NCBI GenBank assembly: GCA_951406725.2
Contig: OX597824.1
Coordinates: forward strand, 4,526,001 to 4,590,000
DNA length: 64,000 bases
DNA from: Octopus vulgaris
Taxonomy: Eukaryota
Reading direction: 5' to 3'
Shown: positions 25,889 through 37,260 of the stretch, in pieces
How the letters are laid out: each line of letters starts with the position of its first letter
How positions within the stretch are numbered: the first letter of the stretch is position 1
The notes under the pieces: generated by a model
What the model was told of the DNA's origin: nothing
Database searches by the model: none
Seen by the model: the letters and a program-made list of their open reading frames with translations, nothing else
Program-made: the position numbers and the translations under genes

Positions 25889-27090
25889 TTGCAGCTCCTC
25901 TATGCTGATGACCTTGCTCTCATAGCTGAATCACTACCAGAATGGGAGAAGAAATTTCAGGTGTGGAAGCAAGGTTTAGAATCGAAGAGCCTTAGAGTCA
26001 GTGTTGCAAAAACCAAAGTCCCAGTAAGTAGGAAGGTGAACAAATCACAAACCCCTTCATGTAGATGGCCCTGCTCAATCTGTAGAAAAGGTGTAGGTAG
26101 AAACTCCATAAGATGTACCCAGTGTAAGCTATGGACATATAAGAGGTGTAGCAACATCAAAGAAGGTTAACCGGGATGACAGTTTTTGTGTGTGGCAGAT
26201 GCACAGGGGCAATTAACACTGAAGAAGCACAGAAAACAGATTCCATCACATGCCAGAGGAAAAAAATAGAAGTAGTTGATAGCTTCCACTACCTAGGTGA
26301 CCAAGTCTGTAATGGGGGTGGATGCTCTAAGAGCATTGCCTCTAGAATAAGAATAGTTTAGGCAAAGTTCAGAAAGCTCCTACCTCTGCTGGTGACAAAG
26401 GGTCTCTTGCTCAGAGTGAAAGGTAGACTGTATGGTGCATGTGTGCGAACTGCCATGTAGCATGGCAGTTCACACACATGAAATATGATCCATGGATGTT
26501 GAGGATATATGTAGGCTTGAAAGAAATGAAGCTAATATAATCCACTGGATGTGTTGTAATGTCAGTGTGCACAAACAACAGAGTGTAAGCACTTTGAGAG
26601 AAATGTTGGACAAAAAAAGCATCAGATGTGATGTGCAAGAGAGACGGCTGCACTGGTATGGTCATGTGCTGCGTATGGATGAGGAGAGCTGTGTGAAGAA
26701 GAGTCACTCACTAACAGTGGAAGAAACCCATGGAAGATGTAGATCCAGGAAGACATAGGATGAGGCGGTGAAGCACAACCTTTGAACATTGGGCCTCACA
26801 GAGGCAATGACATGTGACTGAAACCTTTGGTAATATGCTGTGCTTGAGAAGAAGACCCCATCAAGCCAAGTGAAATTGTAGTCGTGGCGGATGTTGATGC
26901 CATGCAACTGGCACCCGTGCCAGTGGCACATAAAAGCACCTATTACTCTCTCAGAGTGGTTGGCGTTAGGAAGAGCATCCAGCTGTAGAAACTTTGCCAC
27001 ATCAGACCAGAGTCTGGTGCAGCCCCTCAGCTTACCATCCCTGGTCAAACTGTCCAACTCATGTAAGCGTGGACAATTGATGTTAAGTGA
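25889..27090 (+). mobile_element. 5'-truncated RTE-like LINE: RT C-terminal half with Cys/His insert, plus 3' UTR (pseudogenised)
   Basis: LLYADDLALIAES, IEVVDSFHYLG, RRLHWYGHVLRMDE with frameshifts and stops, followed by the shared 3' UTR. Confidence 0.92.
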
Positions 27091-27126
<36 letters not shown>

Positions 27127-27157
27127 ACTTATAACTTATATATATATATATATATAC

Positions 27158-27496
27158 ACTTATAACTTCCTTCTGAAGAAGACACTTAGAAAGCCTTAAA
27201 TTGTTTATGCTTTTAGGAACATTACTATTCCAAACTAAACATACGGATTAAGGACAACGCATTCATAAAGACATTAAATTTGAACACAGTCTTGTCTTCA
27301 ATATATATATATGGCGATTTTCTTCTTCCATCTTCCCTTCTCTAGATCTTTCCTTTTCCTATGTTTCTGACGAAGAGCTCCGCTCAAAACGTAAAACCCT
27401 CCTTCTTCCCTTCCTTCCTGAGCGTCCAATAATACTATATTTGTTCCACGTCCTCGCATTGTTGTGTTTTCTCTTTGTGTTTTCATGTTTGGATTA

Positions 27497-27545
<49 letters not shown>

Positions 27546-27730
27546 AATAGCTTTTCCTTCAAACGCTTCATATTGAAGACAAGACTGTGTTCAAATTTAA
27601 TGTCTTTATAAATGAGTTGTCCTTAATCCATATGTTTAGTTTGGAATAGTACTGTTCCTAAAGGCATAAACAATTTAAGGCTTTCTAAGGAAGTTATAAG
27701 TGTGGCACTAGTTTCACCAGCTGTTTGTAG
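27158..27730. mobile_element. Inverted-repeat element (about 140-bp arms) enclosing (TA)n and a second insertion
   Basis: 27158-27304 is the reverse complement of about 27570-27702 (cacttataacttcctt...gtcttgtcttcaatat), apart from a 15-bp indel. Confidence 0.8.
27312..27501 (+). mobile_element. Short pLTR-like insertion with a minimal hammerhead motif
   Basis: gttt-CTGACGA-a-gagc-tcc-gctc-aAAA-c-GTA-aaac at 27363-27397, with G12 changed to A. Inserted in (TA)n. Confidence 0.65.
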
Positions 27731-28345
27731 TATGCAGGAAAGAATCATAAGATTGATACTGTAACTACTATAATAATCTCGAACAGATATAGAATTGTTC
27801 AACTACCAATTCTAGATTATTGCTATATTTTATGTTACATCTGCAATTGTACGTAGAGTTTTGCTCTGAATTTTGCATTTAGTCAAGGCTTTATATCCTA
27901 CACAGGACAATAATATTATCAATTAATGTTGTTTCAATTCAGTTTTGTTTCAAATTATAATGGCTCCTTGTTGCAAATGCATAATCCACCAATGAGAAAC
28001 TGTTGTACTTATGAGTTCAATTTAACAGTTGGAGTCATGAAGTTAATAAGTTTCATGCTTATACTGAAATTTGTATATTATATAGGTTCTTTTAGAATTA
28101 AAATAAAATTGATACACAAAAGGAAATTGAAGTATAAAAACATTTTTTTAAAAATATGTGAGATTCCCAAAAGGAAAGAAATTATACAAAAGATCAGGAT
28201 ATCTCAAAAACTTATTATTATTCCCTACTCAAGCAAATGTATGCACCCTGTTCCAGGCTCCTGTTTAACAAATTAGGTATAGCACTTTCATTCACCCGTC
28301 AAACAAATAATAACAATGAGAAGATGTCTAAAATTTTTCAGTATA

Positions 28346-28581
28346 TTGGGCAAGTGTCTTCTACTATAGCCTTGGGCTGACCAAAGCCTTGTAAATAGAT
28401 GGAAACTGAAAGAAGCCCATTGTATCATCATCATCATCATCGTTTAGCGTCCGCTTTCCATGCTAGCATGGGTTGGACAGTTCAACTGGGGTCTGGGAAG
28501 CCAGAAGGCTGCACCAGGCCCAGTCTGATCTGGCAATGTTTCTATGGCTGGATGCCCTTCCTAACACCAATATATATAATG

Positions 28582-28632
<51 letters not shown>

Positions 28633-28870
28633 ATGTGTATATTTGTGATTTGTGCGTGTGCGTCTCTGTGTGTCCCCCCTCCACCATTGCTTGACAACCA
28701 ATGCTGGTGTGTTTACATCCCCGTAACTTAGTAGTTCAGCAAAAGAGACTGATTGAATAAGTACTAGGCTTACAAAGAATAAGTACTCGAGTCAAATTCT
28801 TCGACTATAACACTTTAAGGCAGGGCTCCAGCATGGCCACAGTCAAATGACCAAAACAAGTAAAGGAACA
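28346..28870 (+). mobile_element. 5'-truncated SINE family 3 with a nested antisense RTE tail (28425-28570)
   Basis: ttgggcaagtgtcttctactatagcc start and family-3 tail. Nested segment reads catcat..cgctttccatgctagcatgggttggac. Confidence 0.8.
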
Positions 28871-30717
28871 GAAACGTTGCTTTTTCAAAGAAAGGAGAAT
28901 TTCAGATTATATGAAACTTCAAAGAGATAGGTTGTGTGGTAAGTTCTAGAAAATAAGGTGGATCTGGAGCAAATATTTTTCCAATAGACCATCCTTTCCA
29001 AGCGACTAGCATAGGTAACTCCAAACTCAACACATGCAAAGACACCATTCACCAATTATAATGTGCAATACAGAGAACACTCTTCTTGCAGTACCTGTAG
29101 ATCCGTGTATTGTTTGTTGATGTATATGCATATTTGTCGGCAGATATAACATTTGGAGCATACTTCATATATTTTTATATGATCCTTTACCTTAAATTTG
29201 TTTTCTATCATTTATGCCCAAATGGAAATTTTCATGTTGTGAACATTTTAAGAAACGTTCACCTATTAGCAATTAATAACACATGCATATGTTTCGCTCT
29301 ATACAATGACATTTACAATTCTAGATGCGCACCACAGAACAAAACAGCTCTCAGTAAGATAAATCAACAACACAATTTTGATTCATAGCGAAAACCATTT
29401 CTCTTTAAACTACATTGCTTATGCTCTTGTGAAAGACATATCATATTCCTGCAGTCATATAAATTTGTAGCGTTATGTAGATCAGGAAGAATTCAGTCTT
29501 CTCTATACAATAAAGAATTAAATTTGATTTGATTTGTGAGAAAGTTGTAAAAGATCCACAATGAAAGAGACTCACATATATATTCCGTTCATCTAAACTA
29601 ATACTCTCTCTGCCATAACATAAAAAAGAAATAATCAAGGAATGTCTTAACTGAATAGATCACAGATGTAAAAATCGAAATCTATAAGGGGTTCAAAAGC
29701 AGGAAATATGAGATGATGGACACAGATGAGATTGACAGGTATAACTTTAACCTACTTTATATTATCTTCTTTGAACAAAACTAATTTAAATCTCTATCAA
29801 GAATGAAGCATCCAATTACCCATTAAATTCTTGGAATACCATTCAAGACTTTGTCTTCATGTCATGCATATAAAACAAATAAACCTGGTGAAGCTCATCG
29901 CTTTTTAAGTTACAACCTTGGAGAGATAAGAGAACATTCAGTAATTGTATGATGCTTCCACTACTTTCTAAGTTGAACAACTTCACGAAGTTGGGCCATT
30001 GTGAACCAAGAATTATTTTGCCAAGTGTATGGTACAGTGCTGGTCAGTGTACAAGCTCTTCTCTGTCCTTTGGCTTGCAGGACACAAGACTACTGACTCA
30101 CCTAGTTGTGGCACTCTAAGAGTCAATTCTCATTGAAAACAAATTTTCTTGCTACATTTGTTCTTAGTAGGATGAAAGAGTATCAAACTGCAAACAGGAC
30201 TTTTACATCACCCTGCATATCATCATCATCACCATCATCATCTTTTAATGACTGTCTTTTATGCTGGCATGAGTTGGATGGTTAGAGGACTGCACAGAGC
30301 TCCAATGTCTATTTTGGTATAGTCTCAATGGATGGATGCCCTTCCTATTGCCAACCACTTTGCAGACAGTGCTGGGTGCAGTTTTTTCATTGTGCCAGTA
30401 CTAATAAGGTTAGCATGCAGCTCACCAAACTAAAATCGCCATCTATTATTGAGTGGAGCTGCAGAGAGAAGGCAGATTTATGCTAAGTGATGACATGGCA
30501 GAGTATGAAGAAAGTGGCCAGATCAGATTTCCTGCTGCTGAGGAAATAACTGGTTGAGAGTAATCAGTGTAGAGTTTGGAAGAGAAATAAAGAGGGTGGA
30601 AACAAGGTATCAGGAAGGGTTCTGTGAGGAAGAAGAACGGAGAGGGAAGTTGTATAGAAGCAACAAGAAAGTGTATGGAGAGAGTGAGGAATGGTAAGAA
30701 ATGGGGTAAAGGTGTGA

Positions 30718-30758
<41 letters not shown>

Positions 30759-31291
30759 GGGGGTGGGGTCAGTGATAAATATTAAAAGCTTGATTTGAGG
30801 GAGTCACAGCTCAGAGTTTAGCATTCCTAGTCCTCATTTGAATATTACAATAGACTTGGGAGCTTGTTTGTATATGAATTTATCAACTGGTTTGACTTAC
30901 AGGTGATACGTGTGGGTAAGTGCGAGGAGAGGAGGAGGAGGAGATGATAACTGACATTTGTTTACGCTGAATGTAGTGAATTTCTGTTACCATATTCAAA
31001 GAGCTGATTAGTGAAATCTCATTTGTGTTCCTGAGGCTGAAGATACTTATGTACATTATATATATATATATATATTATATTAAATTAGAGATAAAACCAC
31101 TATTAGGCAAATCATACAATGTAAAACTTAAGCCAATACATAAGATTAATTAATTTATATTATTTAAATATATATCAAAATTATTAATATAACACTACGA
31201 TCGTTTCATGGCTGTTCAATTCTTAAAATTTTCGAGTTACAGTCATTGATTAAACCTCGCCAAGTTAAATATGTAAACCACCTGAAGAATG

Positions 31292-31365
<74 letters not shown>

Positions 31366-31835
31366 TATGTATGTATATGAAAGATTTTTATTGAACTCAA
31401 AATGCTTTTTGGAGTCCCGTTCTGATTACTTTCTTGAATACTTTCATGTAAACTGTTTTTAACATTTTTTTATTATTACTAAAGAATGTATATAAGTATT
31501 TCAATACTTTTGTGATAACCAGTACTTAACACAACAAAGCTTATACAAAGCTTTACATTTCATGTTTGACAATCTTTTCTAAAAAGTGAAACCAGTCAGT
31601 GAATAAACATCTTTGAAATTGCATTTTCAAACCTTCTTTCATATATATTTCCACTCATGCGATACCTTACAACTTTACTTTGTTATATATATATACTGTT
31701 AAAAACAAATATACTTTCCTTGAAATGCTATAGAGTAAACAAAATAATTCAAAATTTCATTAACCAATCAGAATTAATTGATGAACATGAATCTATATTA
31801 ACTTCTTCTTAGGGGTGATGGGTATAAAGTGTAAA

Positions 31836-31871
<36 letters not shown>

Positions 31872-31969
31872 AGTGTGCGTATGTATTAATGTATTTGAGC
31901 ATGTACATGTATATATATATATATACATATATACTTATATGTGCAGATATGTGTATACATGTGAATATA

Positions 31970-32078
31970 TAGGCATCCAGCAACAGGACCTCCGTAATGC
32001 TATGATGGACCGTGAAGTCTGGCGCAACATGGTAAATTCCATTGTCTCGACCACGGTCAAACAATGATGATGATGATG
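31970..32078 (+). mobile_element. RTE LINE extreme 3' fragment
   Basis: GIQQQDLRNAMMDREVWRNMV resembles the RTE C-terminal DRxxWR motif and is followed by (tga)n. Confidence 0.7.
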
Positions 32079-32096
32079 TGTGAGTGCATGCATGTC

Positions 32097-32137
<41 letters not shown>

Positions 32138-32718
32138 GGATGTACAGTTATATATACGTGTATATGTATACGTACTTGCATATATGCAAATTTTCATAAC
32201 TTTATTTATACCATTCTTTTATTAACTATAAACTTACCTTATTTATATTTAAATTTCTTCTATCATCTCTATTTAATTTATTAATTTATTGTTCTAATTC
32301 TATCTACCTACTCTATCGTATCTCCAATCAACCTGTAAACCCCTCACCTGAACATATAAAAATACAAATCATAAACCGTATCATTCAGTCTGCCATAAGG
32401 AATACATATACACATATAAAACATTCAAGGGTATATTTTTTCCCCTCTAAAGATATTATGCACAAGTCATTTGATATTTACTTGGCATTTACTGAGTATT
32501 AACTGAAACAGCTGTAAGGGATGGTGATTAATTTGCTGTTAATAACAAACAATTATTAACTTCCCAATCTCCATTTTCTTTTTCTTCCTTTATATGAATA
32601 AAAACTATGTTTTTATATATATATATCTTTATACACTTATCATTTTAAGGAAATTAATTCTCCAAAAATACTAGACACTGAACCAGTACTTCCTTGGATG
32701 GAACCACCTCTAATCAAA

Positions 32719-33244
32719 GTATGTATGTATGTATGTATGTATGTATGTATGTATGTATGTATGTATGTATGTATGTATGTATGTGTGTGTGTATGTATGT
32801 ATGTGTGTGTGTATGTATGTATATATGTATGTATGTATGTATGTGTGTGTGTGTGTATGTATGTGTGTGTGTATGTATGTATGTATGTATGTATATATGT
32901 ATGTATGTATGTATGTATGGATGGATGTATGTATGTATGTGTGTGTGTATGTATGTATGTATGTATGTATGTATGTATGTGTGTATGTATGTATTATGTA
33001 TGTGTGTGTATGCCTGTATGTATGTATGTATGTGTGTATGTATATATGTATGTGTGTATGTATGTATGTATGCATGTATGTATGTATGTATGTATATATG
33101 TATGTGTGTGTGTGTATGTATGTATTATGTATGTATGTATGTGTGTATGTATGTATGTATGTATGTATTACATATGTATGTATGTATGGATGTATGTATG
33201 TATGTATGTATGTATGTACGTATGCATGTATGTATGTATGCATG

Positions 33245-33278
<34 letters not shown>

Positions 33279-33324
33279 TGTATGTACGTATGCATGTGTG
33301 TATGTATGTATGTATGTATGTATG

Positions 33325-33358
<34 letters not shown>

Positions 33359-33545
33359 TGTATGTATGTATGTACGTATGCATGTATGCATGCATGTATG
33401 TATGTATGTATGTATTGTATGTATTGTATGTATGTATGTATATATGTGTGTATGTATGTATGTATGTATGTGTGTGTGTGTATGTGTGTGTGTATGTATG
33501 TGTGTGTGTGTATGTATGTATGTGTGTATGTATGTATGTATGTAT
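32719..33545. repeat. About 830-bp compound (ATGT)n/(GT)n microsatellite
   Basis: Direct reading. It generates the spurious 300-aa ORFs. Confidence 0.98.
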
Positions 33546-33559
33546 GGCCCAGCTTTCCA

Positions 33560-35400
33560 TTGGTTACAACAACAAATGTTCCAGTTATACATTTAGACAA
33601 ACACATAGAGACATGCACGAAGTTACAATTGAGTTAGAGACCAATAATATATCAGAAGTCCATTCGTAAGTTAAAATGAAGCCTTATATACAATAGAAAA
33701 CATGAAAAACAAAAATGAAAACCAAGATGTGATTTAGTTGGTTGAATATACACAGAACTTGAGAGTGATGGAGATGCAGAGGAAAATAGAGAAGAGATTA
33801 GAGAAAAGGGGCTATCAGAGTCATCGACTTGTAGAAAGCACAGGGTCCAGTAACCAATAGTGCAGGCCCAGAAGACACAGAAACGGGAGAAATTTGTTAA
33901 AAAACCTACCCAGGGTAGATTCAACTGAATGCTTCTTCTTTTCATTCTTATCAAGACAAAGATTCCTCAACTTACCTCTGAACCTGTGAGAAAAGTTCAA
34001 CATTAACAACCAAATCCTCCAATATTTACATTGCCTTATCAAGTGCAGAGAATCATTCTGCCCACCTTCTAGTTGTAAATTTTCTTCATGCATCTTCTTG
34101 TATTATAATCTCTCTCCTCCACTTCGCTGCTCTTCTTTATCGACTCTGACAATTTTTCATTATCGTCATTCACTTCAAGGTCAAAGCTGTTTTCCAAACA
34201 TTACAATTTTGTGTGAATGTCACTCACAATACCGTCTTTATAAATACTATTGAAGGTGTTTACATATGTTTTCAAAAGATTTTTCCAGATGCCATTTACG
34301 CATTTGCTTGTGACTCCCTCATATTCTTTAACAATGTTAGTAATTACACCATTTCCAAGAATCACAATGTGAAGTGCAGTGATCTTTCACATCAATCAAC
34401 TTAACAATACTTATTTGCTGGTAATATGCTTTGAAAATGTACAAAGCCCTTAAAAATCCATGGCCTGGACTGGTGGTGTCACATTTTGAGGTAGTAAATT
34501 ACCTTTACATTAAGATTCAAGTCACTGAGATGCTGTCACTGATTTACAACATTATCAGAAGATTAATAAAATTTTGAATGCAATTTTCTCCTTATTACAA
34601 AATCCTTTATCTGATGAACAAAACTATTTAGAAGCAAATTTTCACAGACTCATACAGCCATCCAGGCATTTTAGTTGTGGTGGTGGGTAACAAGCAGCAT
34701 GTGCTTTCAGCCCACATCTCCTTAAGAAGAGTTACGTGATCTTTAAATGCCTTGAAACCTGGCATAATTTTTACCTCACCATGAAAGCAGAAACATTCGT
34801 GCCTGCACCTCCAATACCGGCCAGTTTCATACACATTAAACATTCGCTCTGGCAAATATTTTTTACTCACAATAATATTATGCAGGATTTCTTTAAATGC
34901 AGCTGCACCTTCTCTATCAACACTTGCTGCCTCGCTACTTACCTTTACATTGTGGAAATTATGATGCATTTTGTAAAGCTCAAACCATCCATGACTTGTT
35001 ACAAAAGTTTGTGTTAGAGGGATTGTGGGCGTGTGTTCTTTCAGCATTTAGTCTGTATAGTTAAAGGGCCGAGCAGCTTTCTGGGTTTTGAATTTGGTCC
35101 TTCATCCATGTGACTAAAAAATTTTCCATTTCCTCAATTATCCTAAATCTCTTTTGGTTATGATTAGAGATTTAATGGATACAGATGCCTTCACTGCATC
35201 ACTGATACGGTACTTATCTTTTAGGATGGTAAAGATCATTGACTGGGACAAATTGAAATAGTGTGCAAGCAGTGAGACAGATTGTCCTCCTTTGTGTTGG
35301 GCTGTTATCCCTAAATTTATTTCCAAATTGACTACAGTTTCTTTATTTTTTTTATTACCAACAGGGGACTCAATTTTATGCACGTTGAGCACATTTAAAG
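33560..35400 (-). mobile_element. Decayed Tigger/pogo DNA transposon (TIGD1-like transposase pseudogene)
   Basis: HTH region (AHYFNLSQSMIFTILKDK), SHGWF...HNVKVSSEAASVD...FNVYETGRYW...MPGFKAFKDHVTLL and LPQNVT..VQAMD motifs. Element ends are approximate. Confidence 0.88.
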
Positions 35401-35687
35401 GGTTAGTATTTGGAGTTAATGCAGAACCTAAGCAAAAAGAATTAACAGAAAGGCAAAAGCAGAAAAAACAACACAAAACTATGCAGCAAAACAAGAATGA
35501 GAAAAGATGCAATGCCAGCAACATTTCTCTGTGTGGAAGGTATCATATTGTATCATACATTCTCATCAGTATTGGAACATATTAGAATATTGCAAAAAAT
35601 CATATCATTCTTATCATAACAATAATAACATCAAAATAATAATATTTCAAATGATTGTAGGTCAGGGCATGTCTATAGGGAGTCTAA

Positions 35688-36146
35688 CCCTTTAGCCTTT
35701 AATCTGGCCAAATCCAGCACAAATATTTTGCCTGTTTTATGTCCAAACTGACCAGATTCAAACTCTCACACCTACCCTACAATGTCATTCTAAAAATATA
35801 CAAATAAGCACCATCCAAATGTGGCCAATGCCAGTTCCGCCTGACTGGCTCCCATGCCAGTGGCACGTAAAAAACACCCACTACACTCTCGGAGTGGCTG
35901 GCATTAGAAAGGGCATCTAGCTATATAAACATTGCCAGATCAGATTGGAGCCTGGTGCGGCCTCCTGGTTTGCCAGTCCCAAGTCAAACCGTCCAACCCA
36001 TGCCAGCATGGAAAACGGACATTAAACAATGATGATGATGATGATGACCATTGAAATGTTGAGGATAAAAAATAATGAGTGATTAATTTGAAACAATGTG
36101 AATAAATACACAATACATTTGGGAGAGAAATTTGAGTGTTAAAGGG
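35688..36146. mobile_element. piggyBac-type MITE with nested RTE tail (35823-36046)
   Basis: Termini (c)taa|ccctttagc ... gttaaaggg|ttaa. The nested insertion is flanked by accat(cc/tg)aaatgt at 35810 and 36047. Confidence 0.7.
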
Positions 36147-36284
36147 TTAAAATAGAAGCAAACTAAAAAACAAAAATCCAAAGAGGTTTTGCAAAAAAAG
36201 TTATGGGTGGGGATGTTAGTGTTTTTTTGGGTGAATTGTGTTGTGTTTCCTGATATGAAAATAACTCGATTTGCTGTAAATAAT

Positions 36285-36502
36285 GGGTTCTAATTTTGCC
36301 ACAAGGGCAACAGTTTTATAGGAGGGAATAAGTCGATTACATCAACCCTAGTGTTTCACTGGTACTTAATTTATTGACCTCAAAAAGATGAAAAGTAAAG
36401 TCGATCTCAGCAGAATTTGAACTCAGAATGTAGTGATAGGCGAAATACTGCTAAGCATTTCGTCCAGCATGCTAACGATTCTGCCAGCTCCTCACCGCCT
36501 TC
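36285..36502 (-). mobile_element. SINE family 1 variant with about 15-bp TSD
   Basis: Family-1 head and centre. TSD tttgctgtaa(a/g)taat at 36270-36284 and 36503-36517. Confidence 0.85.
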
Positions 36503-36584
36503 TTTGCTGTAAGTAATAGTGGTAAACCATTAGCCGAAAATGTGCTTTATTTGCTTCCAAATTATTAATGTAAAAGCATTGTTG

Positions 36585-36947
36585 GATCGTAGGGTGACAT
36601 GCCATGCTTGAGGAGACCTATTGGGTCCAGTACACCAACACCAACTTCAATATCAATATCAAATCAAATGGAAATTGTAGTTGTGACCCCCGTGCCAGTA
36701 GCACATAAAAAGTACCACCCAATCGTGGTCGATGCCAGTGCTGCTTTGACTGGCTTCCATGCCAGTGGCACACAAAAAGCACCTAGTACACTCTTGGAGT
36801 GGCTGGCATTAGGAAGGGCAGCCAGCTGTAGAAACACTGCCACATCAGATTGGGGCCTGGTGCAGCCTCTTGGCTTCCCAGACCCCAGTTGAACTGTCTA
36901 ACCCATGCCAGCATGGAAAACGGACATTAAACGATGATGATGATGAT
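36585..36947 (+). mobile_element. RTE-LINE 3' UTR/tail fragment
   Basis: Shared tail motifs and (GAT)n. Confidence 0.85.
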
Positions 36948-36976
36948 TAATTGAATTATTTCAGTTATTTCATAAA

Positions 36977-37260
36977 GGAGTAAAGTGTTTAGGGTGTTGC
37001 ACTCACAATCAGGAGATTGTGGTTTCGATTCCAGGATTGGGTGGTGCATTGTGTTCTTGAGCAAAACACTTCATCTCCCCTTTGACATTTGACATGTGGT
37101 ACTCTGTGCACCTGTACAGGTAATGTCAGTTTGATGGCAGGTGTGGGCTAATTGTGCAGCACATACATTTGATCACTACAAACAAGTCAATTGTACAGGC
37201 TCTGTTCAGCAAGAAATTGCAGTACCCTCACCTATCATTTGCAACAGAAGAGTCCACGGT
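36977..37260 (+). mobile_element. Degenerate tRNA-derived SINE (family 2-type head)
   Basis: B box ggtttcgattcc and ttcttgagcaaaacacttca. Confidence 0.65.

Noticed and set aside
28150-28340. Possible Penelope RT-endonuclease linker (LIIIPYS / NKLGIALSF)
   Set aside because: Too weak to call without a homology search.
32694-33669. Multiple 300-aa ORFs (MYVC/HTYI)
   Set aside because: They are translations of a stop-free (ATGT)n microsatellite.
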